From an uncultured Vampirovibrionales bacterium (GTDB lineage: Bacteria > Cyanobacteriota > Vampirovibrionia > Vampirovibrionales > Vampirovibrionaceae), in assembly GCA_964387265.1 (NCBI GenBank), contig CAYLWC010000006.1:21272-85271 (forward strand): a stretch of DNA of 64,000 bases, read 5' to 3'. Each line of letters begins with the position of its first letter. Within the stretch, counting starts at the first letter, position 1. A model generated the notes under the pieces. It did not search any database, was not told the DNA's origin, and was given only the letters and a program-made list of their open reading frames with translations. Shown one piece after another: positions 27,327-36,872 of the stretch. The translations under genes were made by a program, and so were the position numbers.

Positions 27327-28289
27327 CTAGGCTTTCTTTTTGGCAGTGGCTTTTTCTTCCGCCAACTCGTTATCTTCAGCCGCTTCCTCTGCAGTGACCT
27401 CAACAGCGGTCGCTTTGGCCGTTTTAGATTCCTTGGCTGCTTCTGCGGCTGCTTCCGTCGCTTCCGTGTCACCAGTGGCTTTGGCGTCAGCTTCCTTTGC
27501 TTTTGCCTCCGCTTTGGCTTCTTGGGCCTGCTTTTTAGCGGCTTCTTTTTGAGCTTTTTTGACTTCCTCGGGAATATCGTCCCGCTCCTCGTTCCAGCGA
27601 GGCAGGCTCCGGTTTTTCCGGATCAATCCAATGGCGACGTGAACCCGCCACTCATCAATTTTCAATTGCTTGGAGATAATTTTGTGGATGCCGACCGGGG
27701 GTTCCGGCAGGTAAGGTTCATACAGGGTTTCAATGGCCATCAACTGCTCGGGTGTAACGGCCAGTTTCCGTTTCGGGAAGGGCAGTTTCGGAAGTTTCAT
27801 CTTTTCCCGAATTAGGTTAATGCCGAAGAAGACCTTACTGGGCGCCAGATCGATTTGCTCGCCGATGGTTTCGTGAATGTCCGGGTTTGGCAACGGAAGC
27901 GCCGCTTTATACAGCTTTTCGATTTCTGCCAGTTGTTCCCGAGTCACCAAAAGCTTTTTAGGGCCGCCAGGGCCACGGCCTCTGGGGGGGCCTCCACGTC
28001 CCGGACCACCTCGAGGAGGACCTCCTCTGCCAGGCATAGGGCGACGAGGACCGCCGGGACCTCTGCCAGGACCACCAGGTCTGGGTCCACCGGGCCTGAA
28101 GCCACCGGGGCGTTGTCCGCCAAAGCCAGGGCGGGGACCGCCCGGAGCGGCGACTTGACCATTGGGCCGCGGGGCCTGAGGTCGCGAAACGGATACATTT
28201 TCTGGATATAAGCAACCGGGACAAATGACACGTTTCGGGTTCTTTGTCTCGAACGCTTCACCACACTTGGTACATTGATTTGTGAACAT
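27327..28289 (-). CDS. Hypothetical nucleic-acid-binding-like protein with four parts: N-terminal C4 zinc ribbon, Gly/Pro/Arg-rich (RGG/PGG) segment, two tandem ~60-aa repeats, and a Lys/Ala/Glu-rich histone-H1-like tail.
   Basis: CTKCG...CPGC zinc ribbon; GGPRPGGPGRGPGGPRRP repeats; duplicated VTxEQLxxIExLY...IHxxIxxQ...LIR..LP module; C-terminal AKKQAQEAKAEAKAKEADAKA. Confidence 0.55.
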   Translation of the reverse strand: MFTNQCTKCGEAFETKNPKRVICPGCLYPENVSVSRPQAPRPNGQVAAPGGPRPGFGGQRPGGFRPGGPRPGGPGRGPGGPRRPMPGRGGPPRGGPGRGGPPRGRGPGGPKKLLVTREQLAEIEKLYKAALPLPNPDIHETIGEQIDLAPSKVFFGINLIREKMKLPKLPFPKRKLAVTPEQLMAIETLYEPYLPEPPVGIHKIISKQLKIDEWRVHVAIGLIRKNRSLPRWNEERDDIPEEVKKAQKEAAKKQAQEAKAEAKAKEADAKATGDTEATEAAAEAAKESKTAKATAVEVTAEEAAEDNELAEEKATAKKKA

Positions 28290-28558
28290 AACTAAAAAGT
28301 GCCCCTACCCATTAATTTGCCTGGGGGAAACTCTACCCTTCGGTCCAGTTAACCAGTAAATCGTGCTTTTAACTATAGTATTTATCTCAATCTGCCAAAA
28401 AAGGATCCATGTCCTGGATGAAACTTTTATAATTAAAGCATATCTTTTTGGGAATTGATAGTTTTTTTCTGGGAATTTGTGCGAAATTGTTAAAAGAAGT
28501 AAATAAAAAGCAGTAAAAAACTCGTAAAAAAGCGTAAGAGACAAAGGGTTCATCCTGA

Positions 28559-29233
28559 ATGAGTGGTTCATTATTTGACATTGTCGGCCCCGTTATGGTG
28601 GGGCCATCCAGCTCACACACCGCTGGAGCGGTTCGTTTGGCAAGCTTGGCCCGCCTGATTGCCGGAAAAGGAATCGCTGAAGTGGAGTTTGTCCTCTTTA
28701 ACTCCTTTGCCAAAACGTATCAGGGCCACGGGACGGATCGGGGACTGATTGCCGGAATACTCGGCTATCCGGTGGATGATGAACGCATCCGGGAGGCTTT
28801 TGAGTTGGCCGGGAAACATGGCCTGAAGTACCGGATTACCCCGTTTCTGGAAGCCAATAACTACTCTCCAAATACGGTTGTTTTCAATATGCTTCTGGAA
28901 AATGGGGAAAAGATGACCATTGTGGGGCATTCTGTTGGCGGAGGAAAGGTCTATGTCTCAAAAATCAATGAATACAACGTTTCCTTAAAGGGTGAATTGC
29001 CTACGCTGATTTTATTCTACAAAGATCAACCCGGAATGATTTGGCGGGTGACCAAAATTCTGGCCGAGCAGAATATCAACATCGCCACCCTGAACTGTAA
29101 CCGTCGCCTCCGGGGGGATGAAGCCTTTATGACCATCACGCTGGATAGTATGCCGGAACCGTCGGATATTGAAAAAATCCGCCAGATCGACGATATTTAT
29201 CTTATGAAGTGTATTGATCGGTTGCCCGCATGA
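28559..29233 (+). CDS. sdaAB: L-serine dehydratase (iron-sulfur-dependent), beta subunit.
   Basis: IVGPSSSHTAG N-terminal motif and C-terminal ACT-like domain. 4-bp overlap with the alpha-subunit gene. Confidence 0.85.
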   Translation: MSGSLFDIVGPVMVGPSSSHTAGAVRLASLARLIAGKGIAEVEFVLFNSFAKTYQGHGTDRGLIAGILGYPVDDERIREAFELAGKHGLKYRITPFLEANNYSPNTVVFNMLLENGEKMTIVGHSVGGGKVYVSKINEYNVSLKGELPTLILFYKDQPGMIWRVTKILAEQNINIATLNCNRRLRGDEAFMTITLDSMPEPSDIEKIRQIDDIYLMKCIDRLPA

Positions 29234-30120
29234 AGCCCTATGAAACATTTAAAGACCTCTTGGAATACTGCCAGACAAACCGGTGCAGCGTGGCCGAAGC
29301 CGCCCTGCGGATGGAAGAAGCCAGCTCAGGGCAGCCTCGTGAGGTGATTCTGGAGCGCCTTAGGACCATTCTGCAACAAATGCGGAGCACCATTGCCAGC
29401 GGGATCACTTCGGATGAAAAGTCCATGAGTGGTTTATCCGGTGGAGAGGCCAAGCGGATTATGGAACATATGGGTAAGCCCGAATGTTTTCTTTCCTCTA
29501 TAGAGATGCGGATGATGGCTTATGGCTTGGCCACGCTGGAAGAAAACAGCCGGATGCGAAAAATCGTGGCCTGTCCCACCGCGGGGGGCAGTGGCTCCGT
29601 GCCTGCGGCCCTGATTGCATTGGAGCATGAACGCGATATTGACCCGGAACGGACCCTGATGGGGCTGGTAACCGCTGGATGCATCGGGGAGGTAACATCT
29701 CGCCGGATGCATTTATCTGGCGCCGCTGCGGGATGTCAGGCTGAAGTGGGCGTGGCCTCCGGGATGGCTGCAGCCGGGCTTGTGGAAATCATGGAAGGGA
29801 CGCCGGAACAAGTGCTGGAAGCGGCCGCGATTTCCATGCAAAACCTGATGGGGTTGGTGTGTGATCCGGTGGCGGGTTTGGTGGAAGTTCCGTGTGTGGT
29901 GCGAAACGGCCTCTCTGGTGTTCAGGCGGCTTCCTCTGCAACCATGGCGCTAGCGGGAATCAAAAGCTTTGTGCCTATTGATGAGGTGGTAACCGCCATG
30001 GCGCAAGTGGGTAAACTCATGCACCCTAGCCTGAAAGAAAGCGCCGAGGGAGGGTTGGCGCAAACACCTACGGCGGTTCGCTTCACACAGACCTTGTTTG
30101 GAACGGATAACGCGGAGTAG
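29230..30120 (+). CDS. sdaAA: L-serine dehydratase (iron-sulfur-dependent), alpha subunit.
   Basis: Conserved Cys-containing region (VACPTAGGSGSVPAA, GLVCDPVAGLVEVPCVVRN), typical of SdaAA. Confidence 0.85.
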   Translation: MKPYETFKDLLEYCQTNRCSVAEAALRMEEASSGQPREVILERLRTILQQMRSTIASGITSDEKSMSGLSGGEAKRIMEHMGKPECFLSSIEMRMMAYGLATLEENSRMRKIVACPTAGGSGSVPAALIALEHERDIDPERTLMGLVTAGCIGEVTSRRMHLSGAAAGCQAEVGVASGMAAAGLVEIMEGTPEQVLEAAAISMQNLMGLVCDPVAGLVEVPCVVRNGLSGVQAASSATMALAGIKSFVPIDEVVTAMAQVGKLMHPSLKESAEGGLAQTPTAVRFTQTLFGTDNAE

Positions 30121-30197
30121 GCGGCTGTCTTTCTTGTGTTTGCTTCTTTGGTTAACTCTCACTGACACAAGTTTGCTTTAAGCTGTTTTTATCCTGT

Positions 30198-31274
30198 GTG
30201 TCCGTTGGAAAGAGAATGCCAGTGAACCTGAATCCATATACCCTGTCTCAACCGCCAGTCAATCCGATTCGTTTTGGGTGTCGGCTGTTCGCTTACATGA
30301 AAGGCCCTGAGAATTCATCCAAAAATTTATCCAAGGGGGGAGCTGATCAGCCTGACGAGTTTGTAAAGCAATGTCTGGTGAGTGGGAAAAATGCCCTCCA
30401 AAAACAAAGTGAGCCCCGTCAGAAGAAGGCGGATTGTGAAAACAGCCACTCCTGGGAATCCTGGGTGGATTTAAGAGATTCCAGGGATGGGTGGGGAATA
30501 GCGACATACCAGGCCGGACAGAACCGCCCTTCTGTGGTGAAATCTCCCAATCCGGCGTTCAAAGATCCGAGTTTTAATAAAAGTGCGGATGATCTGACCC
30601 AGAGGCAACCCGCCACGGTATTGGCCCATGTCCGTGCCAAGGTGAATTCGGCCAGCTCACTAGAGAACAGCCATCCGTTTCAATATGGTGGATGGTCTTT
30701 TATGCACAATGGGGTTGTCCCCAAAAAAGTGGTCCGCCAACTGGAAGAGAAGCTGAATCAGCAGTATCTCCCAGAGCTGGGCGCACACTTGCAAGGGGAA
30801 ACCGATAGTGAGCGGGTATTCTATATGCTGTTGGGCAAGCTGCAGGATCGCCACCAAACCACAGACCCGGCCCGCATCAGCTCAGAGCAACTTCAGTCGG
30901 TGTTTGCCGATACAGTAAGGGAGGTCATAACCGCTTCCCGAAAACACCAAAAAGGAAAACGGCTGGGAAATGAGTTTGCCCGCCTCAGTGGTCTGACCAT
31001 TGAATCGTCATCCAATGTTCGGACAACCCCGGCCTGTAATTTCATTTTGAGTGATGGTAACCGCTTGTTGGCTTCCACGTTGAGCCGAAAGCTCTTTATG
31101 GGGGTTCGGACCCTGCCGGATGGACGAAAGGATGTGGTGCTGGCCTCCGAAAAAATCCAGCCGGAGCAACGCTCCAAGGCGGTGGAGTGGTGGGAAATTC
31201 CTGATGGCCATTTGGTGATGCTTCAGCGGAAACAGGATAATATTTCGGTTTCGATTCAACCGATGCCTTTGTAG
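30198..31274 (+). CDS. Class II (Ntn-type) glutamine amidotransferase domain protein (YafJ/GATase_4-like) with N-terminal extension.
   Basis: GCRLFAY motif resembling the MCRL(L/F)xY N-terminal nucleophile region. The Cys is not directly preceded by an in-frame ATG, so either a propeptide or an alternative start is implied. Confidence 0.5.
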   Translation: MSVGKRMPVNLNPYTLSQPPVNPIRFGCRLFAYMKGPENSSKNLSKGGADQPDEFVKQCLVSGKNALQKQSEPRQKKADCENSHSWESWVDLRDSRDGWGIATYQAGQNRPSVVKSPNPAFKDPSFNKSADDLTQRQPATVLAHVRAKVNSASSLENSHPFQYGGWSFMHNGVVPKKVVRQLEEKLNQQYLPELGAHLQGETDSERVFYMLLGKLQDRHQTTDPARISSEQLQSVFADTVREVITASRKHQKGKRLGNEFARLSGLTIESSSNVRTTPACNFILSDGNRLLASTLSRKLFMGVRTLPDGRKDVVLASEKIQPEQRSKAVEWWEIPDGHLVMLQRKQDNISVSIQPMPL

Positions 31275-31292
31275 CTTGGTGTAATCTGGATG

Positions 31293-32105
31293 TTACCGGG
31301 CCGTAGTAATAATCGGGGTCCGCTCTCCGGTGAAATTTGGGAAAATCATCAGGTTGCCGTCATCATCTCTCCAACGAACCCAGCCAATGGGGGTGTTGCG
31401 CTCAAAATCCAGTACTTCCACAAGGAGCCAGTTGCCCCGGATATGCCGGACCTTGAGATCTCGGATAATGGTGAGTGGTAAGAAAGCGGCTTCATCTTTA
31501 TCGGCTGTTCGGACCGAACGTTGGTATTCACTAACCCCAGAAAGCCAGTAAATGCCGTGTGCTTTGGTATTGTACTTCATAAAATCCAGCCAGGTCTGAA
31601 ACTTTCCGAAATGTTCAGGCATGGGTTGCCTGGCGTTATTCGTCACATCAGACGATGAGGAGACACTTGTATCCGGGGTGAGCGGGACCCAACCTTCTTT
31701 TTTGGCAGCCTGGTCATAGATGACTTTGACCCAGCCTGCGCCATTATCTCCAACAACCGCCAGCATGGCCACATCCTGGGTTGGGAAATAGCTGACAAAA
31801 ACATGGTTGGCGGCGACTGGCGTGTTTCGCAGGGTTGATAAGACTGAATAACTCTGGCTGGAAGGCTGCCACTGGAATGCTTCCAGGACCTCGGCTGAAA
31901 AATCCGGCTCAGCGTACAGTTTAAATTCATATGGGGCAAAATAAATGCCATGGCCATAGGTGTAGCCGCTTTTATAGAGCTTTGGCGAAAAACCGAATAA
32001 CGCCTGGGCCTCGGGAGCCATACCAAGCAAGCCACTTACAAGCAGGCACAGGATGAAAATCGGCGTGGTGACCTGTTTTAACAGCGTTTTTACGATATGC
32101 TTCAC
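31293..32105 (-). CDS. Hypothetical secreted protein.
   Basis: Signal peptide (TPIFILCLLVSGLLGMAPEAQA). 270 aa, no family recognised. Confidence 0.5.
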   Translation of the reverse strand: MKHIVKTLLKQVTTPIFILCLLVSGLLGMAPEAQALFGFSPKLYKSGYTYGHGIYFAPYEFKLYAEPDFSAEVLEAFQWQPSSQSYSVLSTLRNTPVAANHVFVSYFPTQDVAMLAVVGDNGAGWVKVIYDQAAKKEGWVPLTPDTSVSSSSDVTNNARQPMPEHFGKFQTWLDFMKYNTKAHGIYWLSGVSEYQRSVRTADKDEAAFLPLTIIRDLKVRHIRGNWLLVEVLDFERNTPIGWVRWRDDDGNLMIFPNFTGERTPIITTAR

Positions 32106-32216
32106 AACGGTCCTCTCCCGGTTTTGCTAAAAGGATATTCCCGATATAATAATTATCCAGTTTCCTTGGTGTGGTGTACACCATCACTCAGAGGAGTTGC
32201 GGTTAGAGAGCGCTGA

Positions 32217-33146
32217 ATGAGGCAAGCAATCGGAAATTTCAGGTTACGGCGACGACAGTTGATCCAACTGGGGGGCGTGTGGTGTCTCTGCACCTGGATG
32301 TGGATGGGCACAACGTTCTCGGATACCGTCTATTTGCAAACCCAGAGTCGGGGGATCTCCGGGACAGTGGTTTCTGTCACCGAGCGTGAGGTAATTTTGA
32401 AAACGGAAGACGGGCTGTTGCTCCCCCTGAACCGGGGTTCGGTGGAACGCATTATTTTTGGGGCTGAACGGGTTGATCCAGGAGGCCGCCAGTCTATTAT
32501 CGAGCCTATGCCACCTTTGCCGGACGCGCCCCCAACCCCGGCGGCGTCAACGGAGGAAATTCCTGTCAGTAATACCATGCGCCAAGTGTACCCCTTGCCC
32601 GGTAATGTCCAGGAGGTCGATCTGGAGTTCCCCAATACCCTGGGAAGCTTTAGTGAGGACACGTTTGTGGCGCTTTCCCGCTTTAAGGGCCTCAATTCAA
32701 ACCGCATGTACGCTGGCTTGTATCATTTCGAGGATCGAGGTACGTTCTGGATCCGTTTGCCTTACGTGCAGGCGGCGACTGGTGAGCTGCGCTTTACTTT
32801 GTACGGGAAGAAAAATACAAACCAGCCAGTAGAAAAGTATGAAGTCAAGGCAAACTTTCTGAATGAGCAGGGACATGTCCTCTCTCAATCAAAAGTTGCC
32901 GTGTTTGACGCATCGCATGTTCCCGTGGTTGAGTGGTTTCAACATCTTCAGGACATTTCAGGGCTGGCCGGCAAGGTTGAGGTCGCCTGGTCCGTTCCAC
33001 CCGGAACAAAAACCGTTGAGCTGCAGGCTATATCCCTGGATGACCCATCCCGGCACCTTTTGGGGTACCTGGGGGATCTGGTATTGACTGCCCGCTGGGT
33101 AAACTCAGCGGACCGAGACACCTCGGTGAGCGAGAATACGAAGTGA
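32217..33146 (+). CDS. Hypothetical protein (possible N-terminal membrane anchor), co-directional with and overlapping engB.
   Basis: 309-aa ORF. 4-bp overlap with the engB start. Hydrophobic N-terminus LIQLGGVWCLCTWMWMG. Confidence 0.45.
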   Translation: MRQAIGNFRLRRRQLIQLGGVWCLCTWMWMGTTFSDTVYLQTQSRGISGTVVSVTEREVILKTEDGLLLPLNRGSVERIIFGAERVDPGGRQSIIEPMPPLPDAPPTPAASTEEIPVSNTMRQVYPLPGNVQEVDLEFPNTLGSFSEDTFVALSRFKGLNSNRMYAGLYHFEDRGTFWIRLPYVQAATGELRFTLYGKKNTNQPVEKYEVKANFLNEQGHVLSQSKVAVFDASHVPVVEWFQHLQDISGLAGKVEVAWSVPPGTKTVELQAISLDDPSRHLLGYLGDLVLTARWVNSADRDTSVSENTK

Positions 33147-33748
33147 AGATACAATCGGCAAACTATGTTAAGAGCGCGCCCAGCATCAAGGACGCCCCAG
33201 ATTTTGGGGGCCTCCCCGAATTTGTGTTGGTGGGACGCTCGAATGTGGGTAAATCCTCCTTCATCAACGCCATGACCAGTCGAAAAAATATGGCCAGAAC
33301 CAGCAATACACCAGGAAAAACCAGGATGCTGAACTTCTATCAGGTGGTAGCCGGGGAAGATTCCAGAGAGTTGGTGTTTGTGGATTTGCCCGGTTATGGA
33401 TACGCCAAGGTTTCTAAAACCGAACAGCAGCGTTGGCAAAAGAACTTTGAGGCATATTTAACCCAGCGGGACCCCATTGCGTTGGTGATTCAGCTGATAG
33501 ACGCCCGCCATGATCCCCAGGCTTCGGATATCCAAATGTTTGACTGGCTGGCCCATCATGAGCTGCCCCAACTGGTGATTTTGACCAAAACGGATAAGTT
33601 ATCAGCGAACCAGGTGACGCAGCAGCTACGCAAGACAGCGGAAATGCTGGAGGTGGGACCGGAATTTGTGGTGCCTTTTTCGGCGGAATCCGGGAAGGGG
33701 CGAGAAGTTGTGTGGCGTATCGTGCGGGAGTGCATGGAAGCGGACTAG
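33143..33748 (+). CDS. engB: Ribosome biogenesis GTP-binding protein YsxC/EngB.
   Basis: G1 GRSNVGKSS, G3 DLPGYG, G4 TKTDK motifs. About 200 aa. Confidence 0.85.
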   Translation: MKIQSANYVKSAPSIKDAPDFGGLPEFVLVGRSNVGKSSFINAMTSRKNMARTSNTPGKTRMLNFYQVVAGEDSRELVFVDLPGYGYAKVSKTEQQRWQKNFEAYLTQRDPIALVIQLIDARHDPQASDIQMFDWLAHHELPQLVILTKTDKLSANQVTQQLRKTAEMLEVGPEFVVPFSAESGKGREVVWRIVRECMEAD

Positions 33749-33823
33749 ACGCATTGAAAATCCCATGCTTTTCCGGTAGTCTAAATGGATTCTCCCAGTA
33801 GAAGTAAGAAAAAGGATACCGAA

Positions 33824-34636
33824 ATGGTGACTGAGCTTTCAGAGAAACCAGATACTGCTCTAAAAGGCCTGCTGGCTGGAAAAACCGGCGTGATTTTCGG
33901 CGTTGCCCACAAAACCAGCATTGCATGGGCCATTGCCCAGGCTTTGTCCAATGCCGGCATGCGTTTGGCCTTTACCTACCAAGGCGAGCGGCTTGAGAAA
34001 AACGTCCGTGAATTGGCCGAAACCCTGGAAGGTTCCTTGATTCTACCTTGTGATGTGACCGATGATGCTCAGTTGGATTCGGTTTTCCAAAGGATGGGTG
34101 AAGAGTTCGGCAGGCTGGATACGCTGGTTCATAGCGTCGCCTTTGCCCAAAAGGAGGATTTGGCTGGGGAGTTTGTGGATACCTCCCGGGACGGCTACCT
34201 TTTATCTCAGAACATCAGTTCCTACTCCTTAACGGCCATGGCCAAGCGGGCCGTACCGCTGTTTGAAAAAGCGGGTGGTGGTAGCGTGATTACGTTGACT
34301 TACCTTGGGGGTGAGCGCGTCGTGAAGAACTACAACGTGATGGGTGTGGCTAAAGCCGCTCTGGAGATGAGCGTCCGTTATCTGGCCGCTGATCTGGGCC
34401 CCAAAAACATTCGGGTGAACGCTATTTCCGCAGGCCCGATCAAAACCCTGGCTGCTCGGGGGATTTCCGGGTTCTCCAATATTCTTGAGTATATGGAAGA
34501 ACATACCCCCATGCGTCGTAACGTGGAGGCGGCTGAAGTGGGAGATACAGCCCTCTTTTTAGCCAGCCCTCTGTCTCGGGGCGTGACTGGTGAAGTCATC
34601 CACGTGGATGCCGGCTTCCACGTGATGGGCTTCTGA
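33824..34636 (+). CDS. fabI: Enoyl-[acyl-carrier-protein] reductase (NADH).
   Basis: GKTGVIFGVAHKTSIAW glycine-rich motif, catalytic Y..K (YNVMGVAKAALE), NAISAGPIKTLAA. Start chosen at MVTELSEK, while the ORF begins at 33785. Confidence 0.9.
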   Translation: MVTELSEKPDTALKGLLAGKTGVIFGVAHKTSIAWAIAQALSNAGMRLAFTYQGERLEKNVRELAETLEGSLILPCDVTDDAQLDSVFQRMGEEFGRLDTLVHSVAFAQKEDLAGEFVDTSRDGYLLSQNISSYSLTAMAKRAVPLFEKAGGGSVITLTYLGGERVVKNYNVMGVAKAALEMSVRYLAADLGPKNIRVNAISAGPIKTLAARGISGFSNILEYMEEHTPMRRNVEAAEVGDTALFLASPLSRGVTGEVIHVDAGFHVMGF

Positions 34637-34656
34637 TTCGAGTAACTTTCAAATGG

Positions 34657-34692
34657 AAAAGCCGGTGACTCTATAGTGACCGGCTTTTCTGC
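34657..34692. terminator. Bidirectional intrinsic terminator-like hairpin between convergent fabI and fliY.
   Basis: GGAAAAGCCGGTGACT-ctat-AGTGACCGGCTTTTCTG: about a 10-bp stem with one mismatch, flanked by A4 and T4. Confidence 0.6.
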
Positions 34693-34710
34693 ATTTTCTG
34701 GCAGGTTGGA

Positions 34711-35838
34711 TTAGACGCCCCGAAGCCGATCCGCCGGGGAAACAATGCTGGTGATACGGATACCGAAGTTATCTTCAATAACCACGACTTCGCCCTTGGC
34801 GATGAGTTTGCCGTTGGCAAGCAAATCAACAGGCTCACCCGCCACGCGATCCAGCTCGATGACAGAACCTCGGGTCAGTTCCAGCACATCCTTGATGGAA
34901 ATATTGGTTTTTCCCAGTTCGACCGTCAGGTTGAGGCTGACGTCCATGACTAAATTGAGGTTCTTTTTCTCTTCGCCAAAAATCGACGGCTGGTTATCAA
35001 ATGATGCGAATTCCACGGGTCTGACGGTGACCGGATCCACTTCCATGGCGGAGGAGGCTTTGGCGGATCCTGTCATACCTGCTTCAGACTGAACCAGGTT
35101 TTCCGGTTGTAGTTCTTCTGTACTCATAGCGCCCTCAACCCCTTCTGCTGTTATGGGCTCCTTGCTCGGTTCGACAGCCAACAGATCCCTGACCTGGCTC
35201 TGGGCCTCAGAGGCAATCAGGTATTGGATCATACCAATGGTACTTGGGGATTCTTTCCCCAGATTAATATCAAAACGGATTTCGGTGAAAGGCTCCTGGG
35301 CCATTTTGGGGAGATACTGGTTGACGATATCGCTGCTATACGGAAGAATTTCAGGGGTCTGAAATTCTACTGAGCGGTGAATAACCGAGGACATACTGGT
35401 GGCGGCCGCACTCAACATCTGATTCATGGCCTCTGCCATGGCGGCGGTTTGCATTTCATTAAGCGGCTCATTGGGTGAGGCAGTAGCGTCACCGCCCAGG
35501 ACCATTTCCGCAATGCGCCGAGCGTCGGTTGCCCGCATGACAAAGCCAATGGTTGCGGAAAACCCTTCCACATACTGGGTATAAATAAAGACTTTTTCCT
35601 CGCCGGGATACGGTTCGGCCATGGTGGCGAGACTGACATATTCGGTGACTTCCGGGACGGACAGATCGGTGTCCTCTCCGAGGATTGCCGACAGTGTTGA
35701 AACAGCGGCGCCCATAGTGATATTGGTCATCTCGCCAATGGTATCGCGGTCTTCGCGGCTTAAAACACCGGAAGACTCAGTCGAAGTCCCGACCTCTGAT
35801 GATGGTATTTCTTCTGGCGTTAAAGCTTCGTCGTTCAT
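34711..35838 (-). CDS. fliY: Flagellar motor switch protein FliY (CheC-like N-terminal domain fused to a FliN C-terminal domain).
   Basis: N-terminal CheC-like MTNITMGAAVSTLS region and C-terminal FliN/SpoA domain (LELTRGSVIELDRVAGEPVDLLANGKLIAKGEVVVIEDNFGIRI). Confidence 0.8.
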   Translation of the reverse strand: MNDEALTPEEIPSSEVGTSTESSGVLSREDRDTIGEMTNITMGAAVSTLSAILGEDTDLSVPEVTEYVSLATMAEPYPGEEKVFIYTQYVEGFSATIGFVMRATDARRIAEMVLGGDATASPNEPLNEMQTAAMAEAMNQMLSAAATSMSSVIHRSVEFQTPEILPYSSDIVNQYLPKMAQEPFTEIRFDINLGKESPSTIGMIQYLIASEAQSQVRDLLAVEPSKEPITAEGVEGAMSTEELQPENLVQSEAGMTGSAKASSAMEVDPVTVRPVEFASFDNQPSIFGEEKKNLNLVMDVSLNLTVELGKTNISIKDVLELTRGSVIELDRVAGEPVDLLANGKLIAKGEVVVIEDNFGIRITSIVSPADRLRGV

Positions 35839-36794
35839 AGTAGCCCGAATCCTTCTATTGATTCTTCATTTTCCACTTCGTCCACAACGTAGACAGCGAG
35901 TTTATCTTTGAGTCTGCCCGGTCGGCAATAAAACTTGGGCCGGCTGTTGACGCAGACCAGCAGGTTTGAGGACGCTTCCCGATCCAACCGGATGACATCG
36001 CCAACGGCCAGTTCCAGCAGGTCTTTCACGTTGATGGTGGTGCCGCCCAACATCACCTGAATTGGCGTTTTTGCGTAGTTCAGCTTGTTCAGGATCTTCT
36101 CTTGTTCTTCCACCGGAATATTGGCTTGCTGCCGGTGGAAAATATGCTGGGCGCTGAGTTGGCCAATCACGCCTTCCAGAACCGGGTAGGGGATACATAA
36201 ACTGACCAGGCCTGAGTTTTTGTTTCCCAGATTAACTTCAAAAGTAATCAGTGCGACAATTTCACCGGGGGTAGCAACCTGAATCAGGGCGTAGCTTTCC
36301 TCCATGCCGACCATCGTGGCGTTGATGTTCATGACCGAGCGCCAGGCTTCTTCCAGAGAAACGATGCTTCGATCAATGACCCGGCGGATGAGTGATTGTT
36401 CAATGTCTGTGAGTTCCCGAGCCTTGGGTTCGGCCATGCCGGGGCCACCCAACATCCGGTCAATCACGCTGGAAGTCACTTCATAGCCAAAGCCCATCAA
36501 CACCTGACCAGGTAAGGGATCTAGCTCCAGGATGCTGACCGTCATGGGGCTGGGCATGGAGCGGACAAACTCATCGTAGGTGAGCTGATCGACAGAAACC
36601 ACATCAATTTCAACCGTCATCCGCAGGTAGGCGGTTAACACCAGACCCAGTTGGCGCGCAAAACTTTCATGAATGGTCTGTAACGCGCGCAAGTGGTCTT
36701 TGGAGAATTTGTCTGGCCGACGAAAGTTGTAAAGCTTATAGTTTCGCTTTTCATAGACAGTTTCATCAGGCCCGGACAATTCATCCGAAGCCAC
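35835..36794 (-). CDS. fliM: Flagellar motor switch protein FliM.
   Basis: N-terminal CheY-P binding-like LSQDEIDxLL-type region (LSGPDETVYEKRNYKLYNFRRP), middle CheC-like domain, C-terminal SpoA domain. 4-bp overlap with fliY. Confidence 0.85.
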   Translation of the reverse strand: MASDELSGPDETVYEKRNYKLYNFRRPDKFSKDHLRALQTIHESFARQLGLVLTAYLRMTVEIDVVSVDQLTYDEFVRSMPSPMTVSILELDPLPGQVLMGFGYEVTSSVIDRMLGGPGMAEPKARELTDIEQSLIRRVIDRSIVSLEEAWRSVMNINATMVGMEESYALIQVATPGEIVALITFEVNLGNKNSGLVSLCIPYPVLEGVIGQLSAQHIFHRQQANIPVEEQEKILNKLNYAKTPIQVMLGGTTINVKDLLELAVGDVIRLDREASSNLLVCVNSRPKFYCRPGRLKDKLAVYVVDEVENEESIEGFGLL

Positions 36795-36872
36795 GGCCTG
36801 GTCTAGCCCTACGGAGAGGGATGAAAGCAGGCTATCAATTTCATCCTGGGATAACGTGGCCCTATCCTCCTG

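Noticed and set aside
28305-28713. Two minus-strand ORFs (88 and 108 aa) in the AT-rich region upstream of sdaAB.
   Set aside because: They overlap each other and the sdaAB 5' end, have atypical composition, and lie in an obvious promoter/leader region. Judged spurious.
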